A stretch of DNA of 64,000 nucleotides from Perkinsela sp. CCAP 1560/9 (lineage: Eukaryota; Protista; Euglenozoa: Kinetoplastea). The notes beneath the pieces were generated by a model. That model was not told where the DNA came from. It was given only the letters and a program-made list of their open reading frames with translations, and ran no database searches. Positions within the stretch are counted from its first letter, which is position 1. Every line of letters starts with the position of its first letter. The translations under genes were made by a program, and so were the position numbers. The stretch is from NCBI GenBank assembly GCA_965644495.1, contig CBFFSA010000005.1:310001-374000 (forward strand), written 5' to 3'. This document shows, in pieces, positions 54,380-64,000 of the stretch.

Positions 54380-54956
54380 TATACTACTGCATTATCCTCT
54401 GCATCTCTTTTATAAAATATAAAAACATTAAAATTTGTGAAAACATTTGAACACTTTTGTTAGTTACTGTACAGTACATGTATATCAGGACCCGACGTCA
54501 GTTTGTATTTATATACTGTCTACTTCAAGTTTTTCATATCACAATACGCTATACCTTTCTCCCTGCGAACCGTCATTGTCCTCCAACATCACTCCCTTCT
54601 TCTCCCCTCTCTGCGAACAACCATTCCCCACCACCGCCACTCCCTTCTTCCCTCACTGCGAAAAGTCATTCCCCACCACCATCCCAGTCGTCTCGCCCAC
54701 GTCGCCTTGATGCTTGGGTTACAATACGCCCTCCTGCCCCACGAGTCGGTGCTCTATCAAACCCCATACCTTATAGCGGTTTGACAAAAGAAACTACTAC
54801 TATACTAGTACGGGAAAGGTAGAAAACCTACTCATACGATAAAGATACCGTTTCGGTAAAGCCAACTTTATCCGAACGCTTTGGAGATTCCTAAGATAAT
54901 GAAAAAAGTTTGGGACTTTTGTTTTATCTAACCAAATACATTGACCCCCCCACTTA

Positions 54957-55943
54957 GAGGGGTGACTCTGGGTGGGAGCGCCTGGGAGCGCCAAGGATAT
55001 CTTTCGTCAAAATTTTCTTCCTTAGCTTCTTAATATTTTTTGCTTCAATCGGAAGATACAGAAATCATGTTACTGGAATTGTTATTCTGCAGGACTTAAA
55101 CGCGGGTTTCGGCATGTAATACACGTTAATAATACATTGTGCTTAGAGGGGTGACTCTGGGTGGGAGCGCCTAGGATCCCGCCTAGAATTTTTTCCAACT
55201 TTTTTTTCGTGAAAAATCCGAACTTGGCGGACCCATCTTGCGGATACCAGGGGGGGGGGGGTCACCCCCACGTGGGGGTGGAAAATTTGTTCACTTTTTT
55301 TAATAATCGAGGGTACAGCGGTAGTTAAACAACCACCGCAATACACCTAACGTTAGCACCGTCCAAACGGTGGGCTTTTCTTGGTCGAATGAGCAGAGCG
55401 TTGTAGTATCGGACTGCGTCAGGGACTCTGCTAGCTCACCCGCTAAAACTCCACTATCCCAGATGGTTGGTCCGGGACGGTCCTGGCTGGAGAAACGAAG
55501 TTTTTTACGCCTCCACTCCTCCGGAGATGGGGTGGGATTCGACCACAGCTTGCACGAGTGCAGTCCCACCTCCACCGAGGTTACAAGGTTGGCACGCGAG
55601 AAAAGGTGGTGCTAACAACGTATTCCCGGAGATGGACATGCCACGCCGTCTTACAACCCCGGAACGCGGTTAACGACTCCGCGAATAGGGGTTAAACAGG
55701 AATAGGAATGGACGAATCCCTGCAGCTAGCTGGAAGTCCTTACTTCGGAAGGCTAGGGTCGCCACGCCCCATCACCGACGACAGCCCAACGCCAGTCTCC
55801 CTTTCTAACTCTTTGTCGTGTTAGCCCAGCATGTTCCATCCAAGGGACATTGAGGATTCCGGACCTCTTTGAGAAAAAATCATTTTACCAAGTCGGATCT
55901 CCGTAGAAGTTTACTGGGAGCGCCCGGGCAGGAGTCACTCCTC
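54957..55943. mobile_element. PIF/Harbinger-like MITE with TTA TSD and duplicated left end (54957 and 55146)
   Basis: TTA-GAGGGGTGACTC...GAGTCACTCCTC-TTA; GGGAGCGCC subterminal repeats. Confidence 0.72.
55205..55342 (+). mobile_element. Hairpin-ended repeat, copy D (internally deleted 3' piece)
   Basis: AAAAATCCGAACTTGGCGGACCC...GGGGTGGAAAAT joined directly to the conserved 3' end. Confidence 0.7.
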
Positions 55944-56074
55944 TTAATTGTACTTTTTTCGAAAAAGTGGTGACAAATAAGTAATTTAATATTACATAAT
56001 CGTTATTAGGCCTATAGAAATTTATGTGTTTCGATGAGCATAAGGTTATGATGGTCGTGTTACCATCATAAGGT

Positions 56075-57292
56075 ATGAAGGTCGTGATTAATGCATGTCA
56101 GGTGTCTGGAGAATCCGAACCACGGTACTGCGTGCGAGATATCGAAAATGGGGACCCGGCAATGGACGAATGGATGACGTGCCAAAAAGCACATTCGGAT
56201 AAATTTCCTGTAGCGTGGGAATGGGTCGACATAAAGGACGGGGATACGTATTTAGAAGAGCGCTTTCAACATGATCGAAGAAGGCCACGCAATGTTCTGA
56301 ACATACACTATAGCAATCGTACCATGCACCCGTGGTATTATTCCCCCATTCATGTGACAGGACTGATCCCACCTTCTGAATGCAATCCACTATGGAGAGA
56401 CATCTGGATTTGCTGTCTTTGTTTGCGTCCTTTTGCGTCACATTTTGAGCACACAAGGCACAGCTCCCGTTGCGTTTTAGAGATAGGAGAGGTGATTTAT
56501 CATGACCCTATTAAGAAACTAAAGGTGTACTTCGTTTCAGGGGAGAAGCAACGCCGATTCTGCCGATACTTGTGTCTACTAGCAAAATTTTTTCTTGAAG
56601 ATAAATGGCTACGCTACGATGTCGATCGATATGAGTTTCATTGCCTAGTGGCTTATTCAGAGACCAGTTGTGTGTACAACGACTCCATTGAATGCGAAAA
56701 GGGTGTGATAACCTCTTTTTTTAGTCGAGACAAATACAGTTTGGTAAATAACCTGGCATGTATTGTAACTTTCCCGCCTTATCAAAGGCTCGGTCATGCA
56801 AGCTTTCTGGTTGACCTAAGCTACGAGCCGTGTCGACGGCTATGTCTTTCAGGGACAAACGTATTTGCAGGTCCCGAAGGGCCGCTAAGTCCATACGGGA
56901 AGGCTCTTTTTTTCAAGTACTGGGATTTAGTAGTTTTGCGCGAAATTGAAAAACAGAGAAACAAAATGACCGTTAGCTTGAGCTTGATTTGTAATCTCAC
57001 AGGTTTCTCCCCGGACACAGTCACGGATACTATTACCCGTCTTGGCATTTTCCACAGGCGTAGTTTTACGGAGTCAGCTGGTAGAGAGTTGACTTCGGAA
57101 TCTAGTTCTTGCGATCGCGCATTCCCTACAACTGAAACACTTGTTGCACTTCTTCTTCCGAAGCAGCTTGTCACTTGGTTGAGGAAGCAATTGGGTCATG
57201 TTTTCTTTGTTGATCCTAAATATATTGCTAATAAAGATCATTCTTTTTATCACGTTGAGAACTTAAAAAATGTGGTCAAACAAAAAACATAG
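56075..57292 (+). CDS. MYST-family histone acetyltransferase
   Basis: PWYYSP, C2HC finger (C.LC...H...C), LAKFFLEDK, NNLACIVTFPPYQRLG, PEGPLSPYG. Confidence 0.93.
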   Translation: MKVVINACQVSGESEPRYCVRDIENGDPAMDEWMTCQKAHSDKFPVAWEWVDIKDGDTYLEERFQHDRRRPRNVLNIHYSNRTMHPWYYSPIHVTGLIPPSECNPLWRDIWICCLCLRPFASHFEHTRHSSRCVLEIGEVIYHDPIKKLKVYFVSGEKQRRFCRYLCLLAKFFLEDKWLRYDVDRYEFHCLVAYSETSCVYNDSIECEKGVITSFFSRDKYSLVNNLACIVTFPPYQRLGHASFLVDLSYEPCRRLCLSGTNVFAGPEGPLSPYGKALFFKYWDLVVLREIEKQRNKMTVSLSLICNLTGFSPDTVTDTITRLGIFHRRSFTESAGRELTSESSSCDRAFPTTETLVALLLPKQLVTWLRKQLGHVFFVDPKYIANKDHSFYHVENLKNVVKQKT

Positions 57293-57705
57293 ATATTTCG
57301 CGTTGTACATGTACAACATGTATGATATCCTAATTTGTCAAACATAAGACTTATTAATAGGATTAAAAAAGTTAATAATATTAATTTTTTTATAATAGAA
57401 TATTAATCAGGCGGCGGTACAAGATTGGTACCGTCTCGGCGTTAGGGAGTAGGCTTCCGGTGGGACTAGGGGGTTTCATATCCTTTTAATATATTTTGTT
57501 AAAGTTTTGTTCTTTTTATATTAATCCCCTTGTAATAATACAAGCGTACATAAAAATAATACAAGCTGACATCAAACTCCTAATGTGTCTGCTGTGGTTT
57601 TTCTACTTTTTTTCTATGTCAAATTTATGTATATTTTAAATTTATTCATCTATGCATACATGTACGTGCTAAAGGCGATACTTTTTCACTTTTTCTATAT
57701 ACTAG

Positions 57706-60700
57706 ATGATTCATCACCCCCCTGAGATAAAAACGTCTGAAGATGGAGTTGGTTCTGAATTTTTTATTCCTCGGCGGCTAGAAGACTTGGAAGTAGAAGA
57801 TCCGGACCGAAGGCTACCCAACGTGTATTACGTTGACGGTATTATGGAAGTCGACACCATGAGCGCATCTGAACAAATAAGTACTTTGCAGGCAATATTG
57901 CACGAATTAAATCGCCGAGACGGTGGAGGTGTTCTGTCCGTGGTACAGAGCGGAAAATTTGATACCCTATACAGTTTTCTTCGCCACAAAAAGTGCTTAT
58001 CTAGAGAGTGTAAAGTGACTCTGTCACATGAATTACCGCAACTCCTCACCAGATTGTGTAAGCAAGTGGCCCAGGTGATTAGTCGGGCCAGAGCCTCAAG
58101 CGGTGGGCTTAGAGGCTTAAACAGTCGATTTTACATTTTGGCTCGTAGCGCACTGAAAATGTATTGCTTTTTACTGTCACAAGTTTTACTTCTGGTAGAA
58201 GATACTACAGTGCCTGCAGATGGAACAGGCGATGATGCTCTTGCTTCGCAAGTGTCTTCACAACGTTCTTTTGCGTCGTCTCGCAAGCGTGGAAGAGCGG
58301 CCCATCAACGAGCAGCCCAAGAAGTCAGTGCCGTTATTGATCTCAGTACTAAGGAAATGGCTCTCACAGCGCTGCAAGAATTGCTTTCATCAGATCTCAC
58401 CGCTGTGTGGTCTGGAGGTTCCATATCAGAGCAAGAAACACCTATTCAAGCGTCTTCATCCACTGAAGGGTCCGGTCACATTGAAGAATCTATGCTCAAT
58501 TGCCTACTTACTGTGTGTATTGCAGTTTTGCTTCGAAAGGGAAATTTATTTGATTTTAGCGGGGCAGGTGGGGCCGGCGAATTGACAGCCGTTGGTCAAG
58601 TCTTGCATCTGTTGCTTGCTGCACTTGCTTATCATTACACTAAACTCAAGGACAGAGAGTGGCCGAAATTAATAGACCAGGATGTTGATGTTCCTCTTCA
58701 GGAATGTGGTAGCCAAAATTCCAGCGTTTCCGAATTAAAAGGTAATGATCCAAAATGGGATGAAGAATGTTCTAAAACGAGCGAAGACTCTTTTACAGAA
58801 AAGAATACTCTATTCCGGTATTTGAGAATGTGCAGCGTCCATCGAGATGTACGAGACATCGTGATAACTCCATTGTGTGAACTCATATTGAAATATGACT
58901 TCGTTGCACAATACATGGCAACTTTTTTGCATGTCATGGACCGTGATTTTGTGTCAAGCGACGATGAGATCATAAAACTGGAGGTACTCCTAAGTGAATG
59001 TACCAATCCCGAAAAGACGTACATGAGACCATGGGCGAAACGCATTGTGTATGCCTTCATCGAGCAGCTCACAGGATATTGTGGAGTTGAAAGTGGTGTC
59101 AATTTGCAGAAGCCTCCTGCTACCAATGTGTGCGATTCTGTTTCTTCCTCTGCCCCTGATCTAAATTCTTGTGAAAATATACACATGAATTCGAATGCAA
59201 CCCCTGAAGACATGTCGACCAAAATACCCATGAACAAAGAACCTACAATTATACATTATGTCAGCAATTCTGTCCTGAATATGGATTCAGCCACGGCGAA
59301 AAACATTGTTCTTTTTTTTGACTACTTAAGCGAGAACCACATCACGACGGTAACAGAACATATTTCATTGATTCATCCCCTGCTTAATGCATGCGAGAAT
59401 TACGATATTCGAAAAACTGTGATGACTGCTATTACCGAACTTGTGGCACAAAAACATGGAACTGAAGGACCTTCACTCTTGTTACGTAGCTCTAGCGTGT
59501 CCACTTATAATCGAAGTGCGAGTGTTGCTTTTGGTGGTAGTATTTTGCTTCAAGATGGAACAGAGAGTGATACATGCTCTCTTAATGTGATCATGAAGTC
59601 GTTTTTAGCGGATTTGTTAGCCCGATTTATGGATATCAATCCAGTAGTCCGGACGCACTGCCTTAAAGTATGGTCGTATTTATGGGAAAGGCGTTCAGTG
59701 CCACTCACCTATCAGCTTCAAGTGGTAGAATGTGCAGTTCAACGCCTGGCAGATAGAAATAATCATGTGCGAAAGGCGGCTTTTTCACTCTTGCATATCG
59801 CTGTTCGTCGAAACAGTGTTGGTGGACGTTGCTTAAGTCTCGGAAAGTTTGAGGAAAAGCTTCGGATAATTGAGGAAGAAATACAGAGAATTCAGGCTAA
59901 CATCTACGAGCTCGTTGGAACTGAGTCTAATACAAAGCCATCTGAAAATATTTGCAGTCCTGAAGTGTTCACAGGTCAGCCAAATGAATTATCAGATAGT
60001 CTCGACATAGTTGCCTCTTCAACACAAAATATGGAGATTCGAAAACTTGAGCAATTGAAGTCTGATAGTACAAATAAGATCGAGCACTATAAGCGAGGAA
60101 TACTTTTTATCGGCAGTCTCCATCGAGCGGTGGACACTGCATTCTCACTCTTAAATAGCAAAGTTGTACTTGATGTGCTAGAAAGTATCGATTTCATTTC
60201 CTTAGCAAACGAGTATCGCATTGATTACGCAGTAGAGCACGCCCATCACGTCTTTCCGCTGGTGTATTCCAACGAACCCCAGATTCAAGAAGCGGTTAGA
60301 ATTTCTTTTGCCAACACAATGTTTTTAAATTATCGCAAGCAAACAAATATCCCGTTATTAAAGAGGAATCTTGCGTGTGTACGAAAACTCATGAGTGTGG
60401 TTTCTCGCGCAGGTGAGGGTTTTCTTGCAGCAATGGAAACTATATGTCAGCAGCTACCCGAGCAATCCACCACGCAGAACGTTATCACAGATGACTTACT
60501 AGGTACTTTGTGGAGCCTTGCACTAAGCAAACGCTTTGATAATATCGGTGAGGCAACTTCCAACAACCAAGTATCTGAAATAATAGAGAATCAAAAATCA
60601 ATGCGTTTATTCGCCATGATAAGTTACGCCTATCCGAAAGGTGTTCGCGAGCGTATTCCCGACATGCTACAGGATTTGTTTCCAAACTTTTTTCACGATC

Positions 60701-63000
60701 ATTTGCTGTGTGCTTATGCTTGTCAAGCACTTGAAAGGCTGCGACTACTTTCATCTTTTAGTTTGCTCTCAGCAGAAGATCCATTAATAGTACAGCTCCG
60801 CGGATTGCTCTGTCATCGAACGAGCAAGATTCACAATTGGCTTATGATGGCTGATTGTGTAATGAGTGCCATCGGCACGCTGTGTAATTCTCCCAGGGAA
60901 GCCTTCTCTTATGCTGTGATGGTCCTGCGTAATCGTGCACAATCTGATTTAAAACAGTGGCAGGATCAAATTAAAAATGATCCAAAGGCACATATACCTG
61001 GTCGAGCAATTAATTCCTTAACTCAGTTCTGTTTTGCTCTTGGTCACGCCGCACTAAAGGAATTTGTATATGTAGACAACTGGGAGCGTACGGCGATGCA
61101 CAAATTAGAGAAGTCGCAGAACGACAGCAAACACCGCAATGCTAACGAAGGTTCTGATGCAATGCAAAAAGAATTGGGCTTTGATAGCAAGGAGTACAAA
61201 CGCGAAGAAATACGGGAACAGGCAGATGCGGCACGCACGAGTCTTATGGATGCAACAGGGTTATATGCACCTTACCTTGCAGTAGTTTTGCATTGGGTAG
61301 GAGATTCGACGTCTTTTACCAAGTTGTTACCTGAAAATACTCTCGATCCAGGAGATTCTGTATCCGGATTTTTGGATACAGAAATCATTGAAAATTCTAC
61401 ACTACGGGCGACTGCAATGTTGACTTTATCAAAACTAATGATTATTGATGAGAAAACGTGTCGAAAATATATTGACGTACTGTTTACTGTTTTGAAGGGC
61501 TCATCTGAATGGTGGATTCGGACGAACTGTCTTATTAGTTTAGGGGATCTGCTGTGTTGTCATCCGAACCTTGTCCAACCGTATCTGCATCCTTCGAAAG
61601 GCCACCTTACGTCTTTGTTTCGAGAAGGGACGAACCGTCGGGTGCGGTCAACCACTGTCATGGTTTGTACTCACCTTGCTTTAAACGATATGCTTCGCGT
61701 TCCTGAAATGACACCTCATCTTCTTGTCCTGATTGCTGATGACGATATCGAGATTAGGAAAATGGGCGAAGTGTTCTTACGCGAGCTGCATAATAAAAAC
61801 AAGCGTCTTATTTATAATCTTCTTCCCAGCATTTGTATGCATCTCTGCACAAAGTTTCGTACTGCGGAGCATAAGTTTCAGGTTGTGATGCGTTGTGTCA
61901 TTGAAAAAATTGAAAAAGACAGACAAACTGAAAGTTCTATAGAGAAACTGTGTCAAAGATTTCCTACCATAGGATCTAATGGCATAGCCCAATCGGCCCG
62001 TATAAATGCAAAATATCTGAGCTTTTGCTTAACAGAGTTCAATTATCAAAGTGACAAAGCAATACAGAAGATTGTAAGTGATGCGTGCTTTACTTGTTAT
62101 AAAAAGTGGCTTTTCGACGAACAGGTGCGCCAGCACTTCTTTTCTATATTAGCCAAGTCTCGGAAAGGATTTGCAGCGTCTACGAGTAGCGGCCAGGCGG
62201 CGGAAGAGAGCACTGATGCAGCGAAATCTAATACGTGGGAGAAAAGAGGACGTACCGCTATGTTGGAAGAATGGGAAACCAAATTGTCAGCATCCGTTGC
62301 ATCTTATTCTGAAGTACCTAATGCGGAAGTGGATGTCTCCTCTAGTATAGAGTTGGGAACTGCATCGGAAGCTGCTGATGATAACGAACAAGAGCCAAAA
62401 AACAAAGAATTCTCTAGGACAGCACAATTAAAGGAAGCAGAATGCAGCGTTATGCTTGGAGGACGCAGCGAAATATGGCGCGAACACGATACCCACAGCG
62501 CAAGTAGTGAAATAGATACTTCGCAAGAATCTTTACCAAAGCGAAGGTTGACCCGTCGCCCAACTCAGCATCGCGCAGCCACCATTAAGCCTAGAAGTAT
62601 TTCCGTTGATCCTAGCTTGGCGCTCCCCTTTCCGAGGAGGGAAACCAACTTTCGAAGTGCAGAGAAAAATGTAAAAAAAAGTATAAAGTCTCGTAAAGGG
62701 CGAAGAAGCTATTTTTCGTCATCTAGTGATCATGAAACTGAGTCCTCTCATGCGCACGAGTCGAATCCTGCATTGCCTAACGTTTCATCTCCTAAATCGT
62801 CACCAAATCCTATGCGGCGTAGTGCACGGATTGCCGCTCGTAGTGCGAAGACAACTGGACATTTGTCTTCAACATCTGATGAGTCCGAATCACTAACATC
62901 AGAATGTCAGTCTGAAAGCAGTTGTACAACTCGTATGACTCCTAGAAGAGTGAACAAAAAGCGCACCAGTTGGTCCAGCAAGAAACGCCGCAAGCGGTAA
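57706..63000 (+). CDS. NCAPD2: Condensin complex subunit 1 (CND1/YCS4)
   Basis: HEAT repeats RFMDINPVVR, RLADRNNHVRK; Cnd1 domain IRTNCLISLGDL...PNLV, THLALNDM, IYNLLP, IEKLCQRF. Confidence 0.9.
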   Translation: MIHHPPEIKTSEDGVGSEFFIPRRLEDLEVEDPDRRLPNVYYVDGIMEVDTMSASEQISTLQAILHELNRRDGGGVLSVVQSGKFDTLYSFLRHKKCLSRECKVTLSHELPQLLTRLCKQVAQVISRARASSGGLRGLNSRFYILARSALKMYCFLLSQVLLLVEDTTVPADGTGDDALASQVSSQRSFASSRKRGRAAHQRAAQEVSAVIDLSTKEMALTALQELLSSDLTAVWSGGSISEQETPIQASSSTEGSGHIEESMLNCLLTVCIAVLLRKGNLFDFSGAGGAGELTAVGQVLHLLLAALAYHYTKLKDREWPKLIDQDVDVPLQECGSQNSSVSELKGNDPKWDEECSKTSEDSFTEKNTLFRYLRMCSVHRDVRDIVITPLCELILKYDFVAQYMATFLHVMDRDFVSSDDEIIKLEVLLSECTNPEKTYMRPWAKRIVYAFIEQLTGYCGVESGVNLQKPPATNVCDSVSSSAPDLNSCENIHMNSNATPEDMSTKIPMNKEPTIIHYVSNSVLNMDSATAKNIVLFFDYLSENHITTVTEHISLIHPLLNACENYDIRKTVMTAITELVAQKHGTEGPSLLLRSSSVSTYNRSASVAFGGSILLQDGTESDTCSLNVIMKSFLADLLARFMDINPVVRTHCLKVWSYLWERRSVPLTYQLQVVECAVQRLADRNNHVRKAAFSLLHIAVRRNSVGGRCLSLGKFEEKLRIIEEEIQRIQANIYELVGTESNTKPSENICSPEVFTGQPNELSDSLDIVASSTQNMEIRKLEQLKSDSTNKIEHYKRGILFIGSLHRAVDTAFSLLNSKVVLDVLESIDFISLANEYRIDYAVEHAHHVFPLVYSNEPQIQEAVRISFANTMFLNYRKQTNIPLLKRNLACVRKLMSVVSRAGEGFLAAMETICQQLPEQSTTQNVITDDLLGTLWSLALSKRFDNIGEATSNNQVSEIIENQKSMRLFAMISYAYPKGVRERIPDMLQDLFPNFFHDHLLCAYACQALERLRLLSSFSLLSAEDPLIVQLRGLLCHRTSKIHNWLMMADCVMSAIGTLCNSPREAFSYAVMVLRNRAQSDLKQWQDQIKNDPKAHIPGRAINSLTQFCFALGHAALKEFVYVDNWERTAMHKLEKSQNDSKHRNANEGSDAMQKELGFDSKEYKREEIREQADAARTSLMDATGLYAPYLAVVLHWVGDSTSFTKLLPENTLDPGDSVSGFLDTEIIENSTLRATAMLTLSKLMIIDEKTCRKYIDVLFTVLKGSSEWWIRTNCLISLGDLLCCHPNLVQPYLHPSKGHLTSLFREGTNRRVRSTTVMVCTHLALNDMLRVPEMTPHLLVLIADDDIEIRKMGEVFLRELHNKNKRLIYNLLPSICMHLCTKFRTAEHKFQVVMRCVIEKIEKDRQTESSIEKLCQRFPTIGSNGIAQSARINAKYLSFCLTEFNYQSDKAIQKIVSDACFTCYKKWLFDEQVRQHFFSILAKSRKGFAASTSSGQAAEESTDAAKSNTWEKRGRTAMLEEWETKLSASVASYSEVPNAEVDVSSSIELGTASEAADDNEQEPKNKEFSRTAQLKEAECSVMLGGRSEIWREHDTHSASSEIDTSQESLPKRRLTRRPTQHRAATIKPRSISVDPSLALPFPRRETNFRSAEKNVKKSIKSRKGRRSYFSSSSDHETESSHAHESNPALPNVSSPKSSPNPMRRSARIAARSAKTTGHLSSTSDESESLTSECQSESSCTTRMTPRRVNKKRTSWSSKKRRKR

Positions 63001-63387
63001 GGCACTTCCCAAAATGTGCTGGACAATAGAAAATAATGATTTTTAGTAGCTTGTAAACTTTTAGTTTTGTGCATATTTTATTGAAAATGTCACCATCACA
63101 TAACATAGATTTCTAAATTAGTTGACCTCAAAATTAAGTGCATTTCATTTTGTTACACTTACACCAAGTTTCTTTCTGAATGTGTGCGTCTGCGAATGAA
63201 CAAGATCTATTCATCCGCAAATTAATTCATTCACCCGCGAATTAGCAAACATATTTAGTCTATCTGGATCTTACAAGCATTTATCTAGGTTTGTCTAAGA
63301 TGGATTTTTATCTATTGGTATTTATTTAGAAGCGGATACTCAATAAATATATCCTCTATAGAGTTAGTAAATTATTTATATCATCGA

Positions 63388-64000
63388 ATGAACACGATTG
63401 TAGTTTTAGTGACAACTTTTTTTGCTGTCAAAGATTGCAGTTGTAGCGACGAACCACTGGAAGTTCGTCGAGGAAAGGTAAACCGGGAGTGCCTTTCTCA
63501 AGATACACTGATGTGGCAACTTACGGAGCAACTGGTTGTTCGTCATGCTTCTTGGATTTTATTTAAAAACAGTTTTATTGGTGGTCTGTTGAAAACTCCA
63601 AGAAAACCAGTTTCAGTGTGCACTTGGCAGGGTGTATTCTGCGACAAAGAGATGAATGTAGTTAGCATTGATTGGAGAGCTGAGTTACTGCGGTTTTCTC
63701 TGAAAGGGAACATTAGTTTTCCAGACCTTCCTAGGCATCTAGATAAGCTTGTTGTCACTGATCACGTTGCTCTTACGGGTGAAATTCCTACGCGTTCGCT
63801 ACCATCTTCTCTTCGACACATAAACACATACCATAATATATTTTTTGGTTCTTTGCAGCTTTCCACACTTCCCGAAGGCCTGGAAATTCTTAACGGAAAT
63901 CACAATCGCTTTTCCGGCCATCTTGATCTTTGTCATTTACCTCATACAATTCGTCGCATTTTGCTTAATCATAACCGATTTTCAGGTACCATTACTGTTG
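63388..64000 (+). CDS. Signal-peptide leucine-rich repeat protein (runs off the window; absent from the ORF track)
   Basis: Manual translation MNTIVVLVTTFF...RGKVNRECLSQDTLM...CTWQGVFC...NRFSGHLDLCHLP; same family as 34754-35485. Confidence 0.88.
   Translation, partial: MNTIVVLVTTFFAVKDCSCSDEPLEVRRGKVNRECLSQDTLMWQLTEQLVVRHASWILFKNSFIGGLLKTPRKPVSVCTWQGVFCDKEMNVVSIDWRAELLRFSLKGNISFPDLPRHLDKLVVTDHVALTGEIPTRSLPSSLRHINTYHNIFFGSLQLSTLPEGLEILNGNHNRFSGHLDLCHLPHTIRRILLNHNRFSGTITV

Noticed and set aside
57410-57475. GC-rich patch with a small hairpin and one TTAGGG
   Set aside because: A single telomeric hexamer and a short stem are expected by chance

Overview
This is eukaryotic DNA, not prokaryotic. 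About 19 intronless host genes all lie on the + strand with short AT-rich spacers, the layout of a kinetoplastid polycistronic gene cluster. Two signal-peptide LRR genes and Merlin elements suggest a Perkinsela-like prokinetoplastid (inference from recalled family resemblance, no search run). Recognisable genes are RtcB, COPI beta', a PEX1-like AAA ATPase, UTP11, NOP2, a cationic amino acid transporter, a DUF523 protein, mS34, ABCE1, MCM9, a MYST acetyltransferase and condensin CND1. Between them are dense islands of nested DNA transposons (hAT with an intact ORF, two Tc1, three Merlin pieces, pogo, Harbinger-like and Tc1-like MITEs) plus LINE debris. The most notable observations are: (1) a multi-copy asymmetric repeat with a covarying ~100-nt terminal hairpin, possibly a rolling-circle non-autonomous element; (2) three kb-scale C-rich to G-rich skew flips inside genes; (3) a resolvable three-level transposon nest with an empty-site control; (4) an MCM9 whose only upstream ATG is followed by an in-frame TGA; (5) a tandem dsRBD-like protein and two bacterial-type genes. 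All coordinates were read by eye.
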